A stretch of 64,000 nucleotides of DNA, taken from contig OZ287696.1 of NCBI GenBank assembly GCA_965649825.1, positions 1,770,081-1,834,080 of the forward strand, written 5' to 3'. The notes under the pieces were generated by a model. That model ran no database searches and was not told the origin of the DNA. It was given only the letters and a program-made list of their open reading frames with translations. Positions 1 to 11,059 of this stretch are shown here, piece by piece (position 1 is the first letter of the stretch; every line of letters begins with the position of its first letter). Position numbers and translations under genes: made by a program. This DNA is from Penicillus capitatus (Eukaryota > Plantae > Chlorophyta).

Positions 1-3000
1 AAATCTTCTTAGAGAGCCTTGCCCGACACTGGTGCATAACAGCGAAGGGCTTGAAGCGGACCATGACTGGGGCACCCTTTGAAGACTTTGTCCGAGAGCT
101 AGCGTCACTAGAGAGCGGTGATGCAATGGACATCGATCTGGCTAAGGCATACGAGGAGCCAGAACAAAGCGCTCATGTCGTGAGACGTGGAGGAAGGGGG
201 CAACCCCCAAGCGGACAGGTCGTGGTCGACGGGAGGATATACTTCGAGAACATAACGAACATCAGACGCCTTATGGTGGCCGCCCGAGAGGCAATGAAGA
301 GCAGTCCGAGGGAAGCAGCCGGTATGCGACGCTTCCTTAAGAATTTGGATCGAGGAACGGACACTCGGCGATCGCACCGACCCAAGGCGCACAGGGCGAC
401 CCTGGAGGAGGAGTTCACTGAGATAGACCTTCCTGAGATGATAGAACGGATCGATGACGAGGACGGATCGTCTTCGGGAGGCGGCGAGGAATACGGCGCA
501 TGTCATGCCGCCCGAGTCTACCATTCACAAGGAGGAAGTGCGGGAAACTCGAACGCTCGACCAGCTGGACGCGTTATGAAACTCCCAATGGTGCTTTTTC
601 CAAGCGAGGGCATAGTCACCCTGGCCGCAACAGGGCTCGTGGATACGGGAGCCAAAAAGTCGATCGTTAGCGAGGATGTGGTTCGAAAACTGGACTTGGT
701 CACCGAACCTTGTAACAGTCGACTTTGCATCGCTGAAGGATCGCATGTAGAAATCCGCAGCAAAGCGACAATCAAGGCGAAGCTGAAGGGAGACCAATGG
801 GACAAGACGTTCAACGTGGAGTGTCTTGTGATGCCACGTCCGGGCTACGACATCCTGCTAGGCATGGATTTCCTCCAGGCCAACGATGCGACAGTGCATC
901 CCAGGAAGAGAGCGGTGATGATGAATGGCAGAACATTCCAATGCCAGAAGGTCACTCAGGAAGTGACCGTAGCACAAGGAGGCACCGTAACGATTGGACG
1001 GCCGACCGAAGATATCGATATCCTGCCAGTACGATCCGGAGATCGAATCCTCTTCTCGGCCAACAGGTCCACGTACCTGGGTCCGCGAGAGCGCCGTCTC
1101 ATCAAGGTCCCGGTGAATCTATACGCGCCGCATAAGTGGCGCCGGAACGGGGTGGTTAATCCTCACTTTTCCACCCAATTGGGCGGGACTTACAAGGATT
1201 TCTGCTCGATCTTGGTGACGAATCACAAGACAGAGCCGCTAAAGATCACACCGCGGACGGTGTTGTTTGATGTCGGGATCGAGACTGAGAACGAGAAATG
1301 TCAAGTCGAGCTGAGCAGTGGCAACTTCCGGATGCTCAACCATCAAGGGAAGTCGAGACGTTTGCAACAAGGGGCGTGATAACGCAGTCGTATGACGCCC
1401 CCGTGATTAACAAATTAACGACTGCTGCGATACTACAATCAGAGTGTCAGAGGTGTTTCGGAGATGTCCTTTCTGCCGATATCGGACTCTTTAAGAAATG
1501 GACTCTGTCCTCTGCTGATGTGTGTGGAGCAGCAAGGTATGTACCGACGAAGGCCGCTCACATCCGGAAAGCCGAGGCGGACAGCGTGTGCGAGGAATTG
1601 GAAGAGCTCGCCAGACAACGGATTGTCCTCCCTTTCAGAGGCAAGGTTCATCAATTAATCCCTTGGTTTTCCGTTAGCAAGAAGGGGCAGCTATCCCGTA
1701 GGGTGGTCATGGACTTCAGGGCCGTTAATTGCCTGTCTATGGCCACCCCCACAATACCCCTCGACCGCGACGGAGCAATCGAGATCGTTGCTGGGAGGAA
1801 ATACTACACCAAGTTAGATCTGACGTCTGGCTATTTTCAAATCGGACTCCACGAGGACACCCGCGCTTACTTCGTATTCGCTTGGAAGGGCGAGCTCTGG
1901 GCATTTGCTCGGCTACCGATGGGTTGGAAGAACAGCAGTTCGTGGTTTATGATGGCTGTCAACGAGACCGTCGCCGACATACGAGCCGAATTTCGCAGAC
2001 GAAGTATCAATGCTCAGATCGCGAGCTATGTCGATGATCTGGCAATCGCAAGTGACGAAATGGAAGACCATGCAAGAGCCGTAATGACGTGCTTCGAAGT
2101 TTTTAGAGCACACGGATGGACCATCAAGCCGGATAAGATTGTATTGGCATCAACCCACATCGAGTTTCTAGGAAGGACCCTATCGCAAGAAGGAGTGAAC
2201 GTGTCAGACGACATCAGAAGCCGTGTGCAGCGGATGTCACCGCCCAGGAACGTGCACGAAGTTAGATCGGCTCTGGGCTTGATGAGGTGCATGCTAAGCC
2301 ACTGTCGAATCGACACGCGAGGCTTGGCGGTGTTGCATACCATGCTGAACTGGAAGAGCGTCCAGATCGCCGAATACTGGAGACAACACAGCGAAGAGTG
2401 GAACAAAGTGCTCAGACAGTTTAACAAATGTTGGTATCTCTCTCAGGGAAGACCGAACAAGCGTCTGGATCTGTACATCGACGCGTGTGGACATGGCTAC
2501 GGGTTCGCGCTATTCGACGCGGACAGCCAACGATTGGTCCACATGGGGTGTGGACATCTCGACGCGGCGGAGTTCAAATCGTCTGGTCATGCAGAGACAA
2601 TAGCATTGAAGAAATCGTTGCACAGCTGCCGACCATTCATCATAGGCGGGCAATTCCGAGTATTCACAGATTCCACAGTGGTGTTAAACGGATCGAATCC
2701 CAAGAACCAGAGTTTGATCGTGCAGCGCTTTCTGGACGCGCTGAATCTGACTGCTGGCAGTCTACACCATGTGGACGGCGTTAGCAACACGATGGCAGAC
2801 ATCCTCTCCAGATCCAAGTTTTGGCAGGCCAGTCTTTCGGATCACAAACCAGACGAAGAGAAGCAGGTGAGTCAGGCATGCAATCAAGCAGGAAGAGATG
2901 AGGCCGCAGCGGAAGAAAAAGAAGGCCCAGAGGATGTCGCTGCAGGCGGCTGGTACAAACATCTGCCTGAATTCCTGACGAAGAACACGTATCCACACGG

Positions 3001-4154
3001 TTGGAACGAGATCAAGAAGAAGAGATTGCGGGAACGAGCGAGGAACTTCCGTCTGCACGGTGCGCGCCTCGAGTACTTCAACGGCGCACAGTGGGTGCAG
3101 TGCTGCAAGCACAGCGAAGATAAAATCGAAGCCCTCACTACCGCACATGACAACCAGGGGCATTATGGCGAGGCCGAGACCGAACGAAGAGAGACGCTTC
3201 GCATACTGGCCGGAGATGTGCAGGGATGTCGAAAGACACGTTCGTACCTGCATCAAGTGCCAGAAGCAGGCTCGAAGGGACACACCGCGTGCATTCAGGA
3301 ATATGTCATGGATCGAAGCGAATGAGGCAATAGCGATGAACTTTTTTGGTCCATTGAGAAGCCACAATAGAAAGAAGTACATTCTTGTCTGTGTGGACTT
3401 ATGTACCCGGTTTCCGATGCTGGCAGCAGAGACAGAGGCGTCCGCCGACGTGGTGGTAAAAATGTTAGATCGGTGGTCGGGCCTATTTGGCTACCCCGCC
3501 ATGTTTGTGGCGGACAATGCGACTGCCTTCACCTCCAGGAAAGTGACTTCTTGGCTGGCTGAACACGGAGTACGAAGAAGAGCCATACCAGCATATACCC
3601 CGCAATGCAACGGGAGCTGCGAACGTCTAAACCAAGAAGTTCTGCGAAGGCTGCGAAGGATCGTGAGCCAGGAAGACAAGTGGATGCAGCACCTCCCCGC
3701 AGTCGAACAAATGCTTCGCTTGAATAAGAACAGAGTCAGTGGACTGTCAGCATTCCAGATGATGCTTGGCTATGAGCCGCGATTCGAGCTGAGCTATCCT
3801 TCTGAACCATCGACAGCTATAGAGCATCATCATGGTGGAGACGACGGGACGAGATTTGCTTGCGTATTGGCACTCCGGCAAAGCGGTGTAGACAAGAACA
3901 TTGCATACCAAGAGAAGAAGACACTCAAGGATAAAAGTCCGCAAGATGAGCTCCGTGTGGAAGACACGGTGTGGGTATACGAGGCAACCCTAGATAAGCA
4001 ATGGAGCGGAAAGCTAAGACCTCGTTGGAAAGAACCGTACATCCTCGTAGACAAGACGGCCCATAATATTTGGAGGGCAAGAGTACTAGATGCCGACAAG
4101 ACAATCGTGATGCACAGAAGTTTGCTGAAGAAAGCCCACTTGCGTTCGGCATAA
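1..4154 (+). mobile_element. Ty3/Gypsy LTR retrotransposon internal region (gag end-PR-dUTPase-like-RT-RNase H-IN), two frameshifts, 5' end outside window
   Basis: Frame is open from base 3. Aspartic protease LVDTGA; RT YTKLDLTSGYFQI, LPMGWKNS and YVDDL; RNase H YIDAC/ETIAL/FTDS/ADILSR; integrase HxxxxH..CxxC, core D..D..E (D replaced by N in MNFFGP, ADNATAF, GSCERLN) and KLRPRWKEPY. Order PR-RT-RH-IN indicates Ty3/Gypsy. Frame changes near 1300-1380 and 3170-3200. LTRs not identified. Confidence 0.93.
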
Positions 4155-4352
4155 TTTTTGGATTCTCCTATTATTTCATTGTCATTCTTATGCACTGAAA
4201 TTCCTTACTATTGTTTATTGTTGTTTTTAACATTGTCATCGGGACATGTCCAGATTGAGCGCAGTGGAAGTTTTGTCGTGGTATTAAAGGATGTTGACAT
4301 TTGAAAAGATTGTAATAGCGTTTTCATCGCCACCGTTACACCGTCTATCTTC

Positions 4353-5428
4353 TTCCAGAACTGCCCACTTACGCCACAACCCTCACTTCGTTACTTGGGA
4401 ATCCAAATCGACGACCGCCTGCTTATGAACCATCACGTGAATCAGATCAGAGCCACCGCACTTCGAAGACTGACCCAGATGAAGGTGATTGCTTCCACGT
4501 ATTTCGGCTCCCGTCCAGCGATCCTCCGACAACTTGTAAGGGGAGCTATTCTTCCCGTACTCACATATGCAATAGAAGCATGGGGCTTCCGTCTCGCTGT
4601 CAACTCCATCCGCAACACTCTGGATCGCAACATTCGCCTGTGCAGTATCTGGATCATCGGAGCACTACCCTCCTCACCAACCTTCGAAACAACTCACCTC
4701 GCCGGGCCTTACATACAGCAAATATCGTTATCAAGAGCTACTACTTCGCTTAGCTTATTTCGCTCCACGCAAAGAGTTAGAACATGTCTATGAAGATCGC
4801 AGAACCATGACATTGGCCCAGAAGCCCACTTACACCTCTGGAAAGCTAGAACCGCAAGAAGAACTTCAAGCGAGGATCCAGGCTGGCCTCAAACCGCCAT
4901 GGAGTTTCTCCAAGTATACTGAATGGAAAGACGAGATTCGCTTGTGTCTACTCCAGGAGCAGGAACAGCTCTGGCAACAATCGCAGCCGTCAGTTGGCAG
5001 AAAAACTTTCCTATGGGGACCGTTCCGGGCTTGGCCCAAATGGCCTTTCCGTCGATATCGACGGCCTCACTTGGCTCTCCTTTCACAGTTCCTCTTGGCA
5101 CACTGGCCAGTCATGAGTCATCTTCACCGCATTGGTAAAGCGACTTCGCCTCTCTGCAGATTCTGTTCCATGCACAATGAAGACCAGGAGCACCTCTTCT
5201 CATGTTTACACTTTCAAGACGCAAGGCTGAGACTATGGGGAGCACCAAAAAGTCAAAGAGTGAACACACTAATCCATAATCGCAACTTCATTAATTCACT
5301 GATTCGCTTTCTGGGTGTGATTTACAAAAAATGGGGAATGTCTCAAATCCATCTCTGAACAGCTTTCAATGATGTATATTTCCCCCACATGCCACTGGCA
5401 CACGGGGCTGTAAGACCTGATTTATATA
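4353..5428 (+). mobile_element. LINE-A: 5'-truncated non-LTR retrotransposon 3' end (RT thumb + C-terminal zinc motif + 3' UTR)
   Basis: RYLGIQIDDRL..H, AILPVLTYAIEAWG, IIGALPSSP; SPLCRFCS..EDQEHLFSC. Ends in a hairpin, TGTAA (5409-5413) and a (TA)n tail. One frame disruption near 4790. Confidence 0.88.
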
Positions 5429-7502
5429 TATCTTCATCCGATCTGACATTCAGCACCAAACCATTCCCCTCTCGACGCCCTCTGACCGAGTACTAGCACT
5501 ATCACTCAATACGCTAATTGGAGAAATGGTGATCATTGCGTGATACATTCAACACTCTAGTGGCGAAGGACTCGAGGCCCTTGAACAGGCTATTCGCCTG
5601 GCAAGACGTCGAACATCATTTATTCTAGTAGGTGGAGACCTAAATGGCCACTCGCCGCTCTGGGGACCTCAAGAAACCTACTCCCTAGGAAGCCGAATCG
5701 AAGACCTCCTGGGAGCAACAGACCTAATTGTCCTTAGTTCACCCTCATCAGATGAGACATTCCGAAACGGTAGAGGGCATTCGAGCTGGATAGATGTGAC
5801 CTTAGGCACCTGAAAACTCGCTGACCCACTCCACAGTCATGAGATCTTGCCAGATGCACTGTCTTCGGACCAATCAACTACTCGCACAGTTCTAAAGATC
5901 CCAAGCCCGACAACAACAAGAAGGAAAATATGGCACTGGAACCAAACGGACTGGCCTACTTTTCAGGCAAGACTGGAAAACCGTCCACCTGACTGGTTGC
6001 TCGAGGGAACTTTAGACTCGACCATGCAAATTGAAGAAGGGGTAGCTGCCCTCACAGACGCCATCCGCCAAACCCGGCAAGAACTAGTGCGCTGCAGCAA
6101 GTCTAGACCAAAACCCAAACCTTGGTTCACCCCAGCAGTACGTTTAGCACACCAACGACTACGGAAAGCAAAGAAGAAACTGACCAAAGAACAGGGCGCT
6201 TCCCAGATGGACAAGCCCCACAGAGCATTGTGATCGAGTACCGCGAGACCAGAAAAGAGTTTTCAGCATTGGTCAAAATCACCAAACAAAACTGTTTTCG
6301 GGCTTTCTGCGAGCTAACAAAACCTGAAACAGACATGTGGGACAAATTTCGACAAATCTGTGGCAGCTGTCACCTTGAACCCATCCCGGCCCCAGCACAG
6401 AAGGTCGGCTCATTATACACCCAACGAAAAAAGCAGACCTCTTGCTCAAAAGTTTCTTTCCGGAGGCAAGTCCAGAGACCGACAAGAATGACCCAAACTC
6501 AGAAGTTGAACTGAACATGAGACCGACAGAAAACCAGCTAACACTCCTGGAAGTAGTGGATACAATCTCCTCGGCACGTCGAACCGCACTTGGAAGAGAT
6601 GAAATTCCTGTGATTTGCTGGCAAGCATGTTCCCCGTTCCTCGCCCCGTTCCTCCTCCGAATATACAATGCCTGCCTGCAATGGCACTACTACCCCCGTC
6701 CCTGGAAACATGCACAGATGTTACCATTACCCAAGGGAACGAAAAACCCCTCGAGCCCTTGTTCTTGGCGCCCGATCAGCCTGCTCTGCAACGCAAGCAA
6801 ATTCATGGAGAAGATTCTACAACGCAGACTCTCCAAAAACACTAAGTAAACCACAACATGGCTTCAGGAGAAATCGCTCCACAGAATCGGCCCTCTTAGC
6901 CCTTGCTGAAGACACACTGCAAGCCTTCAACCGAAGGAAACAAATCTTGGCGATTGGACTAGACATCTCCAAAGCCTTTGACTCGGTCTCACACCCACAC
7001 ATCCTTAGCCGCCTGCGAGAACTAGAAGTCCCTCAGTACATCACAGTCTTCCTTAGCTCGTTCTTGTCTGGACGCCGCGCCACGCTGACACCGGATGATA
7101 CGCCTAGCTCGGTCATGGTATCTTAGGGAGTACCCCAGGGTAACAGTCTGTCGCCGACACTCTTCTCGATCTACATGGACGCGCTTGCAAAGGTCATCCG
7201 CCCACAAGTACGACTACCGATGTTCGCATATGACTGTCTTCTATACCAAGAAGTAAACCGGATCTAAAAAGATAATAAGCCGATACAAACCGCGCTGGAC
7301 CAAACAACTCAGTGGGGATTTAACTGGGAACTCACCTTCAACGCAGCTAAGACTCAACTCTGTTGATTTAGTCGACTACGCAAAACGCAGCCGATGACTC
7401 TCAGACAAGAAACGACACAACTGAGAGAACAAACGTCGATCCGCTCCCTTGGACTTGACATTGACGCCGCATGGACATTCCGAGAACATCTCAAGAACAA
7501 GA

Positions 7503-7996
7503 GAGAGAAATTCCGTGGTTACAAAGCCCCGTTACATCGCATGTGGGGCGGAACATAGATCGAGAGGTCAAGGGTAAGGAGAAGACAATGTAGCAGTTGG
7601 AGTAACATGAAAACGCAATAACAGATCATGCAAAAAGCAGCAAAGCGGAAAAACAGACCACCATTGGAGGCCGTTGGTGAATAGAAGGGAGAGTTCGACA
7701 GAGGACAGCCACGAAGAACGCAGAAACTGAAGTGCCGTACAGTCGAAGAGAAGATGCTTGCGGGTCTCCGGCGATAAGGAACAAAAACGGCACATAGGAG
7801 AGGCAGCCAGATGAACACGAAAAAGATAGGTACGGTGAGGAAAGTGGCCAGAATGGAACCGGGCAAGAGGTTTGGCCAGAGGGCGGGAGAGATGTCGATA
7901 CCATCCAAGGTGGCTAATCGGACAGAAACTGAAAGCACGAGCCTTGCGCGAGTGATCATCAGTCTTCCACAGCACAGTTACTCCGTGGTGAAGGAA
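7503..7996 (-). mobile_element. LINE-C: 5'-truncated LINE 3' end inserted antisense into LINE-B
   Basis: LARFHSGH..SPMCRFCS..ETRKHLLFDC zinc motif; 3' hairpin plus TGTAA. Flanked by a 15-bp TSD ATCTCAAGA(A/G)CAAGA at 7488-7502 and 7997-8011 with one mismatch. Confidence 0.88.
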
Positions 7997-8982
7997 ATCT
8001 CAAGAGCAAGAAAATACTCTGCCAACGACGCCTCAGCCAGATCTGCCGCCACAGCCACCCTTGTTGGGGCTCCTCTCCCGTAGTCACTAAACGGATTGTC
8101 GACAGGTGTATCCTACCAGCATGCCTATATGGAGCTCCAATATTCGGACCACTCTCGGGGGCGCTCCTCTATACCTTTTCCACCCCAGTTTCAATAACAG
8201 TAAAAGCATATTCAAAACGAGAAAATCAAGTACAATATGCGTATTATCAATCTGAAAAACTGAATTTCATCTCCGAATCCAATGAATTCATTTTCAAATA
8301 CTCCATGTCCGAATTCAAATCGAATGATTTCATTTAAGAAGAACGTCATCTTTTTTCAAGAGCGAACCGTTCATTTTGAAAATCTGTCGACAACTTACAT
8401 CAACTGTTACTTCAATTTAATTTTCTGTCATCCCTTTTTCAATTACTGCCAAAGCGATTTGAAATCTGTCTCAAGATGTCAAGAGTGACATCACACCTAT
8501 GAGACTGACTACAAAAAAAAGCAAAAACAATTCAAAACAATTCTTTGCCGCCCATCCTCTTGCAGTTGAATATGGAATGCCATTCTTGGAAGCCATGTCC
8601 TTCCAGTCCCTACCTTGCCTCGCTTATTCTACCACCCTGAGGCGAGCTGAACGTCGAGTCTTCTTGTAAACTCCACGTTTTGATCCTGGCTTAGTCCCTC
8701 TTCTTCGAGGCTGTGGAGTTGTTTCTTCATTCATACCTAAAACAAAGTAAAGAAACACCAAGGGACAAACGCCACTCACTTGTTGCCGAAGTACTCGTGT
8801 CGAGAACGCTCCAAAGGGGGCGAAGAATCCCTTGTCCAATTGGAACGTTGAAGTTGTAACAGATTGGAACGTCTGCAAGCTCCATTGACGGGACACAGAA
8901 TTGAGATTATTTTTATAATTGCTTTAATCTTTTTTGAAGATGAGATAATGTTCATTGAAAATGAATGGGTACCTTTTGTAAA

Positions 8983-10435
8983 TGTCAGACAAGACTGTCA
9001 CATCACCTGTAGCGTATGAACACATGGATGTGAACGCATTTGTACCTTTAGCTCTGTAATCAGTGAAGCCCTCCTTTGACATGGTTTCGGAGCTGAGTCT
9101 ACGCTCCTTCGTTTGAATCCGTCTGTGTGACGTTACGCGTTTTGCTGCGTACTTTACGCGTCTTCCTGTGTGGAACTCGAGACCTGTCTAGACGCGTCTA
9201 GGCATATCTAGGAATTTCAAGAAGCCTCGACAAGGATGAGTCGAGCACAACCAAGAGAGCAAGGTCAAACAGAAGAGAGAAGGAGTAGCTTATACGGAAC
9301 GTATCAACTGGGTGATTATGGCTTCGTGAATGTCATCACTGAAGCGGGCGAAGACGAAAACTGTTTCCCTAAACTGAGGGGACGCCCGGTGTTGACGCAG
9401 CCAGAGGACGTTGTCGACGATGCGTGGTACTGGTTGGTGGACATGAATAAGATGAAGCGTTTTCTCGAGCGGATTGGCGCATGGGTACGGGAGAGACGTG
9501 ACCTGCCGCAGAGGCTGCAGGAAGAAAGACAAGCGAGTGATGGACTGCGGCGCGAGCTGACCGCAACAGGTGAAAACCTCACCAACGCACAAAGGGCGTT
9601 GCGCGTGGTTCGCGCGGAAAAGGAAGAATTGCTGAAAAGCCTGCAGGAAGAGCGGCGAATTAACGAGAAACTGCGAAGAGACATCACTGAGGATGTCCAC
9701 CAGACCAAACACGAAGTGGACAAGGCCCGCATGGAAACCTTTTCTCTTCAAGAGAAACTGACAGAGACTGAAACGGCCTTCACAGAGGCGAAAAAGAATT
9801 TCATTTCGGCACCCGATTTGGTGCCATGTCTACAATCGCTAGCCAACGAGGTGAAGACACTACAAAAGGATGTGCAGACGAGCTTCGAAAGGGCAGCTGA
9901 GGTGATGTCGACGAGGACACTAGAAAGACAACGAAGTTCGAAGACGTTGCAGCAGATGAAGCGAGTGCTGCATGACATAGGGCGGTATCCGAAAAGACAG
10001 CGAACGAGAGCTGACGGGACTGATGGAATGAGGAACGTCAAGCACGGCAGAATTTGTTACTGCTGCCGAAGTAAAGGACATCTGGCAAACGATTGTCCGC
10101 GAGCGCGGAATTCGGATATGGTCGAGTCACCAGCGGGTCCAAGTACGTCGTATACGCAACAGCGTACGGAAAGTCCACGGGAACCAGAGGTTAATGAAAC
10201 TGCATCAACGGGTTGGAACGTCTTTTCAATGTTTAAAAGGACGTTTACCTCGGGTATCGATTGACTTAATTCTGTTCATTTTTCGGAGGGTTTTCACGTT
10301 TTCGGAGTCTGCACAAACGGAAGGTGGATGGGACCATGTCAGACAAGACTGTCACATCACCTGTAGCGTATGAACACATGGATGTGGACGCATTTGTACC
10401 TTTAGCTCTGTAATCAGTGAAGCCCTCCTTTGACA
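8983..10435 (+). mobile_element. Complete 1453-bp gag-only (TR-GAG/TRIM-like) LTR retroelement
   Basis: 99-bp LTRs at 8983-9081 and 10337-10435 (98/99 identical, TGTCA...TGACA). 5-bp TSD GTAAA at 8978-8982 and 10436-10440. PBS-like TGGTTTCGGAGC directly after the 5' LTR; purine-rich tract before the 3' LTR. Confidence 0.95.
9236..10264 (+). CDS. 342-aa Gag-like protein: coiled coil + CCHC zinc knuckle
   Basis: Intact single ORF; long heptad-rich E/K/R segment; CYCCRSKGHLANDC fits CX2CX4HX4C. No PR, RT or IN motifs. Confidence 0.85.
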   Translation: MSRAQPREQGQTEERRSSLYGTYQLGDYGFVNVITEAGEDENCFPKLRGRPVLTQPEDVVDDAWYWLVDMNKMKRFLERIGAWVRERRDLPQRLQEERQASDGLRRELTATGENLTNAQRALRVVRAEKEELLKSLQEERRINEKLRRDITEDVHQTKHEVDKARMETFSLQEKLTETETAFTEAKKNFISAPDLVPCLQSLANEVKTLQKDVQTSFERAAEVMSTRTLERQRSSKTLQQMKRVLHDIGRYPKRQRTRADGTDGMRNVKHGRICYCCRSKGHLANDCPRARNSDMVESPAGPSTSYTQQRTESPREPEVNETASTGWNVFSMFKRTFTSGID

Positions 10436-11059
10436 GTAAACCAATGCCATATTTTTAAATGAAATGACTTGTTTTGAAATGAGAAATTATTGTTTCAATT
10501 TGATGTTACCGGATGGGAAATCGTTGTCATGGAGATTGAAAATGGAGTCGTCATTTGTGAAAGTAAAATATTGGGGTTCAAAATGATTCTGTACATTTTA
10601 AAAACCATTTTTCTGTTTTGATTACGTTCTTACTTTTATTGAAATTGGGGTGGAAAAGGTATAGAGTGCAAATCTTACAAGCAATATACAGGTCCGGCAG
10701 CATTTTAATTACTGGAGCACACTGCGCGACGCCCACAAGTTCACTACTCTCCCTCGCTGGCCTCAAACCGCCTAAAACTGACATCCAAGATCGTCTCACC
10801 AATTGCAAATACTTTTCGGCGCTGGTAAAGAACAAGTCGAAGACGAAGAAAACACACAACACACCTTCACAGAGCTACCAAAAAGCATTACAGTGTATCG
10901 TCACTCAAGAATGGATCCCTCCAAACATAAGAAGACATCTCGCTGAAGACATCTTAAAAGACCACCGAAGCCCTCTTCTTCGCACAGCACGACAAACTTT
11001 CCTCAATATCCAAGCATACGATCCCAGACCGAACGGATACTCTCTGACCATCGCCGCCG

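Larger units (their letters stand above)
8174..10659. mobile_element. Non-autonomous TIR DNA transposon (~1.03 kb without its nested LTR element), TATA target duplication
   Basis: Termini CCTTTTCCACCCCAGTTTCAATAA (8174-8197) and its reverse complement at 10636-10659 match 23/24, extending to ~30 bp with 2 mismatches. TATA at 8170-8173 and 10660-10663. AT-rich interior; only a 90-aa ORF (8624-8896, -). Confidence 0.87.

Noticed and set aside
1298-3325. Programmed ribosomal frameshifts in the Gypsy element
   Set aside because: No canonical slippery heptamer was seen in the 1298-1379 overlap, and the second shift falls inside the integrase zinc-binding region, so mutation is more likely. Comparison with other copies is needed.
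4346-5435. 7-bp TSD TATCTTC implying LINE-A inserted into LINE-B
   Set aside because: The match is short, overlaps the (TA)n tail, and almost no LINE-B-like sequence lies upstream of 4346.
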